Of a DNA stretch of 64,000 nt, positions 31,913 through 46,931 are shown one piece after another. Where the stretch lies: the NCBI RefSeq assembly GCF_009914755.1, contig NC_060947.1. One strand, given 5' to 3'. The position numbers were made by a program, and so were the translations under genes. The notes beneath the pieces were generated by a model that did no database searches, had not been told where the DNA came from, and saw only the letters and a list, made by a program, of their open reading frames with translations. Position 1 is the stretch's first letter; each line of letters starts with the position of its first letter. The stretch comes from the human T2T-CHM13v2.0 reference genome, Homo sapiens.

Positions 31913-34900
31913 CTTTTTTCTTTGTTAAAGATTTGTCAGGTTTGTGTATATTTTCAAATAATTCAACTTTTGTTTTTAAAAAACTTTTCTAGTGCTTTTC
32001 TAGTTTTTATCTTGTTTATTTGTGCTCTTATCTTTTTTATTTTCTTCCTTTTGCTAAGTTTCCACTTACTGTCTTCTTTTTTTCATTCCTCTGAGAAATG
32101 AGGTGTAATTTCAGGCTACTTTTACAAAAGTTTCTGTTTTTTTGGTTTAGGCATTTATTGCTATAAACATTCCTCTAGGGACTTATTTTGCTGTATTATA
32201 TAAGTATGTTATGTTTCCTTTTTATTTGTGTCAAGATATATTTAACTTACCCTCTTAGTTTCTTATTTGACTCATTGGTTGTTCAGGATTGTGTTACTCA
32301 ATTTCCACATATTTGTGAATTTTCCAAAATTCCTCCTCTTATTAATTTCCAGTTTCATGTAATTATGGTCAGAAAAGATAGTCCGTATGACTTCAATTTT
32401 ATTAAATTTTTAAGATTTGTATCGTGGCCCGATGTATGATCTATTGAGGGGAATGTTCCATGTGCTCCTGAGAAAAATGTGTATACTGTTGCTTATGGAT
32501 GTAATGTTCTGTAAATATCTGTTAGGTACATTTGTCCTAAAGTGTAATTCAAGTCCACTCTTTTCTCATTATTTTCTAGGTGATCTCTCTAAGTTAAAAG
32601 GGAGAATTGAAGTCTCCTACTATCATTGTATTGCATTCCATCTTTCCTTTTAGATCTGCTAATATTTGCTTTATATATTTAGGTGCTCTGATGTTGCATG
32701 CATATACATTTAAAATTGTTATAACTTCTTGCTGAATTGGCCATTTTATTATTGTGTAATGACCTTCATTGTATCTTTTTAGAGTTTTAAATTAATGTCT
32801 ATTTTGTCTGATATAACTACACCCACTCTATTTTGATTTCCATTTGCATGGAATATCTGTTTTCATCCCTTCACTTTCTGTCTATGTGTGTTATTAGAGG
32901 TGAAGTGGATTCATCCAGGCAGCATGTAGGTGGGCCTTGCTTTTTAAATCCATTCAGCTATTTGATGTCATTTGATTGGAGAATTTAATCTATAATTATT
33001 GATAGGTGAGAACTTACTCTTGCCATTGTGATAATTGTTTTCTGGTTAATTCAAGATCCTTTGTTCCTCTCTTTCTCTGTTGTTAAAGTTTTATTTGGTT
33101 TGATAATTTTCTGTAGTTGCATGCTTTGAATCATTTCTTCTCATATTTTGTGTAACTACTAAGGATGTTTTGCTTTGTGATTACCATGAGGCTTACTTAA
33201 AACACTTTATAATAATAACAGGTTATATTAAGCTGATAATGACTTAACATTTATCACTCATACAATCAATATTCTTTTATTCTCTTCTCCCACATTTCTT
33301 TGTGATGATATATTTTGTATCTCTTATAGTACATATACCTCAATAAATTTAAGCTATAGCTGATTTTAATAGTTTTGTATTTTAATCTTCATACTAGAGG
33401 TATAATTGATTTTCACACCACCAGTGCAAGTGTCTAAGTTTTATTATATACTCGCTTTTAGTAATGTTTTATATTTTATATATTTTTAGGTTGCTACCTA
33501 TGTCTTCTCTCAGCTTGAAGGACCCGTTTTAGCATGAATTGCAAGACAGTTTTAGTGGTGATAAATTACCTCAGCTTTCGTTTCCTTGAGAAGGTTGTTA
33601 ATCTTTCCTTTATTAAAGACAGGATTACTGGGTATAGTATTCTAGTTTGACAGCTTTATTTTCCTTCAGCTTTTTAAATATATCATCCCATCCTATCCTG
33701 GCCTGCATGGTTTCTGTTAAAATATCTGCTGATAGTGTGATGGAGGTGTCCTTGTATGTAACAAGTTATTTTTGCCTTTTAGCTTTCAATATTTTGTCTC
33801 TATCTATAACTTTTGACAATTTGCTTATAATATGTCTCAGTGTGGGTTGCTTATGATTCATTGTATTAGTGTCTGTTGAGCTTCCTGGGTCTGGATTTCT
33901 CATTCCTTCCCAAGACTTGGGAAGTTTTCTGTCGTCATTTACTTGAATATATCATCTGCTCTTTTCTCTTTTTCTTCTTGTACTTTAATAATGTATACAT
34001 TATTCTGCTTGATGGTCTCCCATAACTTTCCTAGGCTTTCCAACTTCTTCCTTATTCTTTTGCTCATTAGATTAGGTGATTTCTAATTACATGTCTTCGA
34101 GCTTGCTAGTTCTTTTTTCTCCTTGATATAATCTGCTGTTTAACCCCTCTATTGAATTTCTGAGTTCAGTTATTGTATTCTTCAGCTCAACTATGTATGT
34201 TTGGTACATTTTAATATTTTCTGTCTATGTTCAAATTTTCAGCTTGTTTTTGCATTGCTCTCCTTATTTGTGTGAGCATCTTTATTACTGTCCTTTTGGA
34301 TTCCCTGTCAGGCAAGTCACATATCTTCATTTCACTAGTGTCAGCTTCTGGACATTTATCTTGTTCTTTTATTTGGAACATAGTTTCCTGTTCATTCATT
34401 TTCCTTGACTATGTTGGTTCTGCACATTAGATAAGAGAACCACCTCTCCCAGTCTTGTTAGTGTGGTCTTTTGTAGGAGATATTTTTCCATAATTAGCTC
34501 AGCCAGTGATTCTAGGTGCCTCTTTTTGCTTTTCCAACTAGCTATCTTTGTTCTTAATGGCTCCAAGAAATTAGAGTGTCAAGTCTTGCTATTGCCTTGA
34601 GAAAGGTGGAATAGAACTCAGTTTTTTGGAGATGCAGTTGGAGGGGTTGGAATCTTAGATATGTACTCCAATTCCTTCTTTCCTTGCAAAGAATCTCAGA
34701 GCCAGTGATTATAATCCACTTGTTCTGCCCTACACCAGTGGGAGGGTCTGTGGCAGTTTACCATACTCTTGATCAGATGGCTTACTTTGAACCTGGGGAA
34801 ATAGCTGCTGAATGTTTACAAGTTTAAAAGTCATCTTTTGTTTTCTGTGGTCTAGGAGACTCAGAGCACAGCTCCATAAACTCTCATAGCTAGATGATTT

Positions 34901-34997
34901 AGGATCCAGTTACTCAGGTAAAAGCTGTAAAAGTAGGGACACTCAATGCATGCAAAAACTACTTCTAGTGAGAGCCTGCCAATATGGATTTATTGCT

Positions 34998-36003
34998 GCA
35001 GCAAGCCAGTGAAGAAGGTATGGGAGGTGAGTGCCTACTCTTCTATTTGAGGAAGCAGAAGTCTCACACTTTTGCAGCAGGGATGGATTTCTAGTTTGAA
35101 CTTGTCACTAAAACAAGCTGGAGCGGGAGTTGCAGGGAGTGCCCATTTTCTTTTTCAGACACAGAGGTTTCCCAGGCTGCTTTCAAAGAGAGATTAGAGA
35201 TGTTTATCTCTAGAGCAAGCCAGAGAAGAGGGTGCAGGGAGTGCCATTTCTCCCATTTTCCTGGCAGAAGCCTCTACACCCTTTGTATGAAGAGATTTTA
35301 GGGCTGGGATTATCTCTAGGGCAAGGCAGAGTGAGAGGTAAAGGAAACACTTATCCTGATCAAACAAGCAGTATTTTCACACCCTCTTTGCAGAAAGAAC
35401 CTTCTGATATGGAGTTAAATCTGAAGTACACCAGTGAAGAAGGTGCAGGGAGTGTACTCTTTTCCTTTCAGGCACTATGAAGTCCCTTAGCATTCCTCTA
35501 ATAAGAGACCACAGAAATTTATCTCAGGAGCACGCCGGGGAAGAAAATGTGGAGAGTACCACTTTCCTGTTCTTGCTGACAGAGGCCTCCAATGTCTTTA
35601 TATAGAGATATTGTAGGCCTGGAATTATGATATCAGTAAGTCAAGGAAGAAGGTGCTGGGAATGCCCCTTCTCTGTTCAAGCAAGAAGTTTCATACCATC
35701 TTTGTGAGGACAGCCTTCTGGTCTAGAATTATTGCTGATGGATTCTAGGGAAAAAGGCACAGGGAGGCCCTCTTTTACCTTTCAGGCACAGAGAGGTACC
35801 CTAGCCTCCCTCTAATGAGAGACTGAAGACATTTATCTCAGGAGCAAGTCATGAAAGAAAGTGTGGGAAGTGCTGCCCTCCTTTCCTTGCTGGCCGAGGC
35901 CTCCAACCTCTTTCCAAGGAGAGATTGTAAGGGTGAAATTGTCACTGGAGCAACCCTGGAAAGAAGGCATAGAGAGTTCCCTCCATCCCGTTTAGGCTAG
36001 AAG
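34998..36003 (-). repeat. Tandem array of about ten ~105 bp monomers with a ~315 bp three-monomer higher-order period, in an old L1 5'UTR
   Basis: Recurrent unit start GCAAGCCAG..GAAGG..CAGGGAGTG. The landmark TTTATCTC..GAGCA occurs at 35203, 35518 and 35832 (spacing 315 and 314). Confidence 0.85.
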
Positions 36004-37680
36004 ACATTTATTATTTCCTATGTAGACTCCCATATACTGGTTTGCTAGAGGCCAGAGCCACAGGGAGTTGCTGGAGAAGCATGCAGCCAAACCCTTTCCA
36101 GAAGGAAATTTAAAGCTGGACTCATCCTGCAGACTACAACTGTTGGGAGTGCTTGTATGGCCAAACCCTTCCTTTGTTCTTTGTGCTTGAGGGAAATCCT
36201 GTGATGAACTGTTGCTGGCATTCCTCAAGTATGGCTATTTAAGATCCCTCCTGCAGGGACAATAAAAATTGGACACTACATGTGTGGTACAAGCCCCTCA
36301 CCTCTTGGGAAGAAGCTAGGAGTTGAGATTTACTTCCCATATTTAAGATGCAGTGCTCAGGGTGGTGTTAGTATGTAAGTGAATCTCCACTTTTTGTACC
36401 CATTTTGATGTGGATTTTTTTTTAGTCATCCTGTGTGTAGGAGTCTTTCCATTGCATTCTGGTTTTCTCTGGAGAGAATTGATCCATTTGTAGGTGCTTA
36501 GTCAGTGTGACTGTGAAATGAGAGCTAGTCATGAGCCTCCTATTCTGCCATGTGTCTCCAAAATTTCTTTTTTAAGAAAACATTTGGCCATGCCTGAAGG
36601 CACCCCTGCAGTCAGTTCTATGTATGGGTGGGCTGGTTCTCTGCCTCAGCAAGAATACAAGTTAGGTCTTTAAATTGTCATATAACATAATGTCAGATTC
36701 ATCTAAAGCATATGGGTTTCACTTTAATCAATAGCTTGGGGCATCAGAATTCTAGACACTTTTGAGAGCTTAACCTTCAAGTGACTGCTATACAGATCCT
36801 GCCAAAAGTGCAATCGAGACAACTTATCTGGGAGACAATGCCTGTGCTATATTATCTACCAGTTTTTCTAAATTGTAGTTCTATCTCTATATCAAGTTAG
36901 ATCTACAGAGTGTAATAGACCTTGGCTCTATTAACTGAGTACACAGTGAAAATACTTTCACTTGAGTTATAACATAATGCTTTGACCTTGAGTTTTATGA
37001 AGGGCCAGTTTGAGAAACAGATGTTTGATATACCTTTTCTATTTTTTCTAAAAACAAAACAAAACAAAACACCCTGGAAGGTACTGTGAACTCTGTTAAT
37101 GTCTGTAAATAATAGAAGAGAATATAAAATTATCAAATATTATCCCTTGACAGTAATTCTTCACATTACCTTTTGAGAACATATAGCTCAAGACACACTT
37201 TATTTTGAGGGAGGAAAATGTGATACATATATTGCATCAGACGACTACTTTGGAAGGGCAAGGGTGGTGCTTCCTTTTGTACCTTGGATGAAAATGCAAC
37301 ACAAGGTTTGCAGAACAATGAAAACAAATTTAGAAATAAATATGAAAGTCTACTTTATTTTTAAGTGGTAGCCGGGTTTCTTTATCTAGTATTGGACTGT
37401 AAGTTTGGTAAGAAGCAATTTGGTAGGGGTAATTCATATTCCCTTTATGTTTTTACCCGAGGCAAATATCATAGTAAAGGGCTGCAACATTTTACTGTTC
37501 CAGGAGATGTCATTTTATTTGTGAATGGTGACCCATTAGTTGTGCAGTGCACAAGATGCTCAACCATGTATGGCACACCTGACTTGCTGTCTCCATCAGA
37601 GTTACAACATTTTGAAAAGCAGAATTAAAAATTTCCAGTAACTATATTTATTTAATATCTGTAAGCATATATCTGTTGCG

Positions 37681-37701
37681 TGTGTGTGTGTGTGTGTGTG
37701 T
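37681..37701. repeat. (TG)10 microsatellite
   Basis: Read directly from the sequence. Confidence 0.95.
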
Positions 37702-40700
37702 TTATGTGTACATACTTCTTGTATAAGGTTCTGACTGGGGCTTAAATCCAAATGGGAAGTTAGTTTGTGCTATATAATTATTTTGTTTTTTATTTTTTCT
37801 TTTTGACTTTACTTTCAATTTCAGTCAGGTACAGCCAAACATTTCTACCTGAATAATCCAGACTAATCAAGATGGTAAATTTTTCATAGACACCCTTTAT
37901 CAGGTTCAGTAAGTTTTCTTCTATTCCTAATATGCTGAAAGTTTTAATATTAATTAAGTCACTGTTGAAGTACATTAAATATTTGTTCTGCATTTATCAA
38001 GATAATCATATGGTTTTAGGTTGACTATTATTATGGTGAATTTCATAAATTTAGTTCATAGTGATAAATCAAACTTGTATTGCTAGAATAGACTGTACCT
38101 GGTAATGATGCAATATCATTTTAATACTTTGGTGGTATTTCTTTGCTACTGCTTTATTAAGAAATTTCACTTCTGTATTCATGAGTAATATCAATCCCTA
38201 ATTTTCTTTCCTTGTAATTTTGTGTCAGATTTTGGTGACAGTGTTATGCCAGCCCCATAAAATGAGATGGGAAGTGTTCTCTCTCCTAATTTTTGAAAGA
38301 ATTTGTGTAGAATTGATGGTATTTCTTCCTTAAATGTTTAATATAATTCACTAGGGAAACCATATGGTCCTAGAGATTTATTTGTGTGAAGGATTTTGAT
38401 TTTGGATTTATTTTCTTCAATAGATAGATATTTACATTTTATATTTTTTCTAGGATAAATTTTGTTAATTTTTGTCTTCCAAGTACTTATCATTACCTCC
38501 ATGTTGTCATATTTTTCGGCATACAGCTGCTCATAACATCTCCACTTCATGTTTTTTGTTCTTTATTTTCTTTATTTTTTTTCTTAAACTTTTAAGTTCA
38601 GTGATACATGGGCCAGATGTGCAGGTTTGTTAAATAGATAAATGTGTGCCATCATGTTTTGCTGCAAAGATCATCCCACCACCTACTTATTGCGCCCAGC
38701 ATCCATTAGCTATTCTTCCTTGATGCTCTACCTCCTCCAACAACCCTTCTGACAGGCCCCAGTGTGTGCTGTTCCCCTCCATGTGTTCTCATCATTCAGT
38801 GCCCACTTACAAGTGATAATATGTGGTGTTTAGTTTTTCTGTCCCTCAGTTTTCTGAGAATAATGGCTTTGAACTCCATCCATATCCCTGCAAAGGATAT
38901 GCTCTTGTTTCTTTTTATGGCTGCATAGTATTCTATGGTGTATATGTACCACATTTTCTTTACCCAGTCTATCACTGATGGGCATTTAGGTTATTTCCAT
39001 GTCTTTGCTATTATAAATAGTGCTGCAGTAAACATATACATGCATGCATCTTTATAATAAAATGACTTATTTGCCTCTGTGTATATAAGTAGGGATGAGA
39101 TTGTTGGGTCAAATGGCATTTCTGCCACTAGGTCTTTGAGGAATTGCCACATTGTCTTCTACAATGGTTGAATTAATTTACACTCCCACCAACAGTGTGA
39201 AAGCATTCCTTTTTCTATGCAATCTTGCCAGCATCTGTTGTTTTTTGTCTTTTTAATAATAGCCATTCTGACTCATGTGAGATGGTATCTCATTGTGGTT
39301 TTGATTTGCATTTCTCTAATGCTCGGTGATGTTGAGCTTTTTTTCATATTATTGTTGGCCACATGCATGCCTTTTTTGAAATGTGTCTGTTCATGTCCTT
39401 TGCCCATCTTTTAATGAGGTCATTTGTTTTTTTCCTTGTAAATTGGTTTAAGTTCCTTGTAGATTTTGGATATTAGACCTTTGTCAGATGGATAGATTGC
39501 AAAAATGTTCTCCCATTCTGTAGGTTATATGTGCACTCAGATAACAATTTCTTTTGCTGCACAGAAAGCCCAGAAGCACAGAAGCTCTTTAGTTTAGTTA
39601 GATCCCATTTGCCACTTTTCTTTTTGCTGCAATTGCTTTCAATGTTTTCATCATGAACTCTTAGCCCATGCTTATGTCCTAAATGGTATTGCCTAGATTT
39701 TCTTCTAGAGTTTTTATAGTTTTGGGTTTTACATTTAAATCTTTAATCCATCTTGAGTTAATTTTTGTATATGGTGTAAGGAAGGGATCCAGTTTCGATT
39801 TTCTGCATATGGCTAGCCTGTTACCCCAGCACAATTTATTAAATAGGGAATCCTTTCCCCATGTGATTGCTTTTTGTCAGGCTTGTCAAAGATCAGATGG
39901 TTTTAGATGTGTGGTCTTATTTCTGAGTTCTCTATCCTGTTCCATTGGTCTACGTGTCTGTTTTTGTACCAGTACCATGCTGTTTTGGTTACTGTAGCCT
40001 TGTAATATAGTTTGAAGTTGGGTAGTGTGATGCCTGCAGCTTTATTCTTTTGCTTAAGATTGTCTTGGCTATTCGCACTCCTTTTTGGTTCCATATGAAT
40101 TTTAAAATAGATTTTTCTAATTCTGTGAAGAATGTCAGTGGTAGTTTAATGGAAATAGAATTGAATCTATAAATTACTTTTGGCAGCATTGCCATTTTCA
40201 TAATGTTGATTCTTCCTATCCATGAGCTTGGAATGTTTTTTTCCATTTGTTTGTGTCCTCTCTGATTTCTTTGAGCAGTGGTTTGTAGTTCTCCTTGAAG
40301 AGGTCCTTCAATTCCCTTGTTAGCTATATTCCTAGGTATTTTATTCTTTTTGTAGCAATTTTGTATGTGAGTTCATCGATGATTTGGCTCTCTGCTTGCC
40401 TGTTGTTATTGTATAGGAAGGCTATCAATTTTTGCACATTGATTTTGTATCCTGAGATTTGCTGAAGTTGCTTAACAACTTAGGAAGATTTCAGCTGAGA
40501 CAATGGGGTTTAGGATGATGTCATCTTCGAAAAAAGATAATTAGACTTCTTTTCTTCCTATTTGAATACCTTTTGTTTCTTTCTCTTGCCTGATTGCCCT
40601 GGCCAGCACTTCCAATATTATGTTGAATAGGAGTGGTGAGAGAGGGAATCTTTGTCTTGTGCTACTTGTCAAGGGGAATGTTTCTGACTTTTTTTTTTTA

Positions 40701-40887
40701 AGTTTTTTTTTTTAATTTTTTTCCATTTACTGTGATATTGGCTGTGGGTTTGTCATATAGGGCTCTTATTTTGAAGTATGTTCCTTCAGTACATAGTTTG
40801 TTGAAAATTGTTAATATGAATGGATGTTGAATTTTATCAAAGGTCTTTTCTACATCTATTGAGATAATCATGTGGTTTCTGTTTTTA

Positions 40888-41274
<387 letters not shown>

Positions 41275-41590
41275 CTATTTATTACTGCCTCAATTTCAGA
41301 ACTCATTATTTGTCTATTCAGGAATTAAATTTCTTCCTGGTTCAGCGTTTGGAGGGTATATGCATCCAGGAATTTATCCATTTCTTCTAGCTTTTCTAGT
41401 TTATGTGCATATAAATGTTTATAGTATTTTCTGATTGTAGTTTGTATTTCTGGGGGTCAGTGGTTATAACCCCCTTATCATTTCTGATTGTGTTGATTTA
41501 ATTCTTCTCTCTTTTGTTCATTATTAGTCTAGGCAGCAGTCTATTTTAATAATTCTTTCAAAAACCAGCTCCTGGAATAATTGATTTTTT

Positions 41591-43296
<1,706 letters not shown>

Positions 43297-45786
43297 TGGA
43301 ATCTGATGTTTTTGAAGGGTATTTTGTGTCTCTATCTCCTTTAGTTTAGCTCTGATCTTGGTTTTTCCTTGTCTTCTGCTAGCTTTGGAGTGTATTTGCT
43401 CTCATTTCTCTAGCTCTTTTCATTGAGATGTTAGGTTGTTAACTTGAGATCTTTCTAGCTTTTTGATATGGATATTTAGTGGTATAAATTTTCCCCTTAA
43501 CACTGCTTTAGCTGCATCCCAGAGATTCTGGTACATTGTCTCTTTGTTCTCATTAGTTTCAAAGAACTTCTTGATTTCTGCCTTAATTTCATTATTTACC
43601 TAAGACTCATTCAGGAGCAGGTTGTTCAATTTCCATGTAGTTTTGTGGTTTTGAGTGAATTTCTTAATCTTGAGTTCTAATTTGATGTTTTGTGGTTTGA
43701 GAGACTGTTTGTTATAATTTCAGTTCTTTTGCATTTGCTGAGGGGTGTTTTACTTCCAATTATGTGATCAATTTTAGAATTAGTGCCATGTGGCAATGAG
43801 AAGAATGTGTGTTCTGTTGTTTTGGGGTGGAGAGTTCTGTAGATATCTATCAGGTCACCTTGATCCAGAGCTGAGTTCAGGTATTGAATATCTTTGTTAA
43901 TTTTCTTGATGATCTGTCTAATATTGACAGTGGGATGTTGAAGTCTCCCACTATTATTGTGTGGGGGTCTAAGTCTATTTGTGTATGTCTAATAACTTGC
44001 CTTATGAATATGGATGCCCCTGTATTGGGTGATATATTTTTATGATAGTTCTTCTTGATGAATTGAACCCTCTACTATTATGTAATGCCCTTCTTTGTCT
44101 TTGTTGATTTAGTCTGTTTTGTCAGAAACTAGGATTGCAACCTCTTCCTTTTTCTGTTTTCCATTTGTTTGGAAAATTTTCCTCCATCCCTTCATTTTGA
44201 GCCTATGTGTCTTTGCATGTGAGATGGGTCTCTTGATGATAGCATACCAGTGGGTCTTGGCTCTTTATCCAGCTTGCCATTCTTTGCCTTTTAATTGAGG
44301 AATTTAGCCCATTTACATTTATGGCTAGTATTGTTGTGTGTGAATTTGATCCTGGCATCATGATGCTAGCAGGTTATTTTGCAGACTTGTTTATGTGTTT
44401 GTTTCATAGTTTCACTGGTCTGTGTACTTCAGTGTGTTTTTGTAGTGGCTGGTAACGGTTTTTCCTTTCCATACTTAGTGTCTCCTTCAGGAGCTCTTGC
44501 AAGGCAAGCCTCGTGGTGACGAATTTCCTTAGCATTTGCTTGTCTAAAAAGGATCATATTTCTCCTTCACTTATGAAGCTTAGTTGAGCCAGATATCAAA
44601 TTCTGGGTTGGAAATTCTTTTCTTTAAGAATGTTGAATATTGGCCCCCAATCTCTTCTGGCTTATAAGGTTTCCACTGAGAGGTCCACTGTTAGTCTGAT
44701 GGGCTTCCCTTGGTAGGTGTCCTGGCCTTTCTCTGTGGCTGCCCTTTACATTTTTTCTTTCATTCGAACTTGGAGAATCTGATGATTATGTGTCTTGGGG
44801 TTGATCTTTTTGTGGAGTTTCTTACTGGAATTTTCTGAATTTCCTGAATTTAAATGTTGGCCTCTCTTGCTAGGTTGGGGAAGTTATCCTGGATGATATC
44901 TTGAAGTATGATTTCCAATTTGGTTAAATTCTCCCCCATCTCTTTTGGGTACCCCAATCTGTCATATATCTGTTTTTTTTATACAGTCGTATATTTCTTG
45001 GAGTTTTTGTTTGTTACTTTTCATTCTTTGTTTTCTATTCTTCTCTAACTGCTTAATTTCAGAAAGATAGTATTCAAGCTCTGAGATTCTTTCCTCCACT
45101 TGTTCTATTCTTCTATAGATACTTGTGATTGCATTGTGAAGTTCTTGTGTTGTTTTTTAGCTCTATCTGGTCAGTTATGTTCCTCTCCAAACTGGCTATT
45201 CTGGCTATCAACTCCTATACTGTTTTATCAGATTCTTAGGTTATTTGCATGGGTTACAACGTGCTCCTTTAGCTCAGCAAAGTTGGTTATTACACACCTT
45301 CTGAAACCTACTTCTGTCAATTCAGTCATCTGAGCCTCAGCCCAGTTTTGTGCCCTTGATGGAGAGGTCTTGCAGTCATTTGGAGGATAAAGGTACTCTG
45401 GTTTTATAGTTTTCAGCATTTTGTGTTGATTCTTTCTCATCTTTACGGGATTATCTACCTTCAGTATTTGAAGCTGCTGACCTTTAAATGAGGTTTTTTT
45501 CAGTGGGGTGTTTTTTGTTGATGTTGTTGCTAGTGTTTTCTGTTTGTTTGTTTGTTTGTTTGTTTTTCATTTAACAGTCAAGCCATTCTTCCATAGGGCT
45601 GCTGCAGTTTGCTGGGAGTTGGTTCCAGACCCTAGTTGCCTCAGTTTTTCCTGTACCTGGAAGTATAACCAGTGAAGCCTACAAAACTGCAAAGATGGCA
45701 GCCTGCTCCTTCCTCTGGAAGCTATGTCCCAGGGGGACACTGACCTGTTGCCATCCTGAACATGCCTGTAGGAGGTGCCTGGAGAC

Positions 45787-46256
45787 CCCTGCAGGGAGGG
45801 CTCACCCAGTCAAGATAAACAGGATCAGGAACCTGCCCAAAGAAGCAGGCTGGCTGCCCTTTAGTAGAGCAAGTGCACCGCATTGGGGGCACCCTTCCTC
45901 ATCCAGACTGTTTGTATTCTCCAAAAGCAGCAGGCTGGAAGAGCTGAGTCTACCAAATTTCAGAGATGACAGCCCCTACTCCCACTGGGAACTTCATCCC
46001 AGAGAGAGAAAAGAGCTCTGTCTGTAGAACCCTTGCTTGAGGGGCTGAAGCCCCTGCAGAGAGTTCTCACCCAGTGAGGAGGAATGGATTGGAGTTTTGC
46101 TTAAAGAAGCAGTCTGGGCACTATCTGGAAAGGCAGCTGTGCTGTGCTGTGGAGGACTCCTCATCTAGATCACCCGTATTCTTCAAAGCTGACAGGCTGA
46201 AACAACCGAGTCTACCAAATCTCAGAGATGGCAGCAGCCCCTCCCCTTGGGAACTC
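45787..46256 (-). repeat. Two diverged ~205 bp copies, period ~265 bp, in the L1PA13-like 5'UTR
   Basis: CCCTGCAG..AG..CTCACCCAGT, AAAGAAGCAG.CTGG, GAGTCTACCAAAT.TCAGAGATG.CAGC and GGGAACT each occur twice. Confidence 0.8.
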
Positions 46257-46842
46257 AGTCATGACTCAGGCAGACTCCAGCCTGCTGCTGCTGGATGGCT
46301 TGAATTCCAAGCCAGTGGGTCTCAACCCAAGAGCCATCATGGAAAGGGTCCCAGTGAATGATGCCACTTGGCTCCCTGGACTCAGCCCTCTTCCTAGTGA
46401 CATGCACAGATGGATTTCCTGCCTTGCTGCAGATCCCAGGGTGGGAGTATGCAAAACTTCCATGTCTCTGTGTGTGCCTGAGTGGCTGCTCTGCCAACAC
46501 TCCACACAGCTCTGTGTATTGCACTCAAGGTCCTGGAGTGTGTGCTCACAAGGGGATCTTGTGATTGGCAGGTTGCAAAGATCTGTGGGAGGAGTATGAT
46601 TTCCCAGGTGGGGTGACACAATCACTCACCTCTTCTCTTGGCTGGGGGTGGGAGTTTGCTTGGCTCCCTGATGCTCCTGGATGGGCTGTCACCCCACTCT
46701 GCTTCTCTTCACCTTCTGTGGGTCGAGCTGTTTGCCTAGTCAGTTTCAATGCGAGAACTGGATATCTCAGTTAAAGGTGCTGAATTCACTCACTCCTTTT
46801 ATTTCTCTGTGTAAGGACCACAGACCACAGCTGCTTCCAATT

Positions 46843-46852
46843 GGCCATCTTG
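46843..46852 (-). promoter_or_regulatory. YY1-type motif CAAGATGGCC at the L1 5' start
   Basis: GGCCATCTTG on the + strand, about 10 nt from the element's 5' end, as in primate L1 promoters. Confidence 0.7.
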
Positions 46853-46931
46853 GCCTCTCCCGATTTTATATTTTTAATGTCTTCAGAAACTATGATGATG
46901 TCCCCTCATTCTTCATGCAAGTAATTTGCAC

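Noticed and set aside
34998-36003. CRISPR-like array
   Set aside because: Whole monomers are homologous, there are no unique spacers or cas genes, and the DNA is mammalian.
37365-37628. 87 aa ORF with a CxxC motif after a possible acceptor
   Set aside because: GTG start, no recognisable family and no convincing exon structure.
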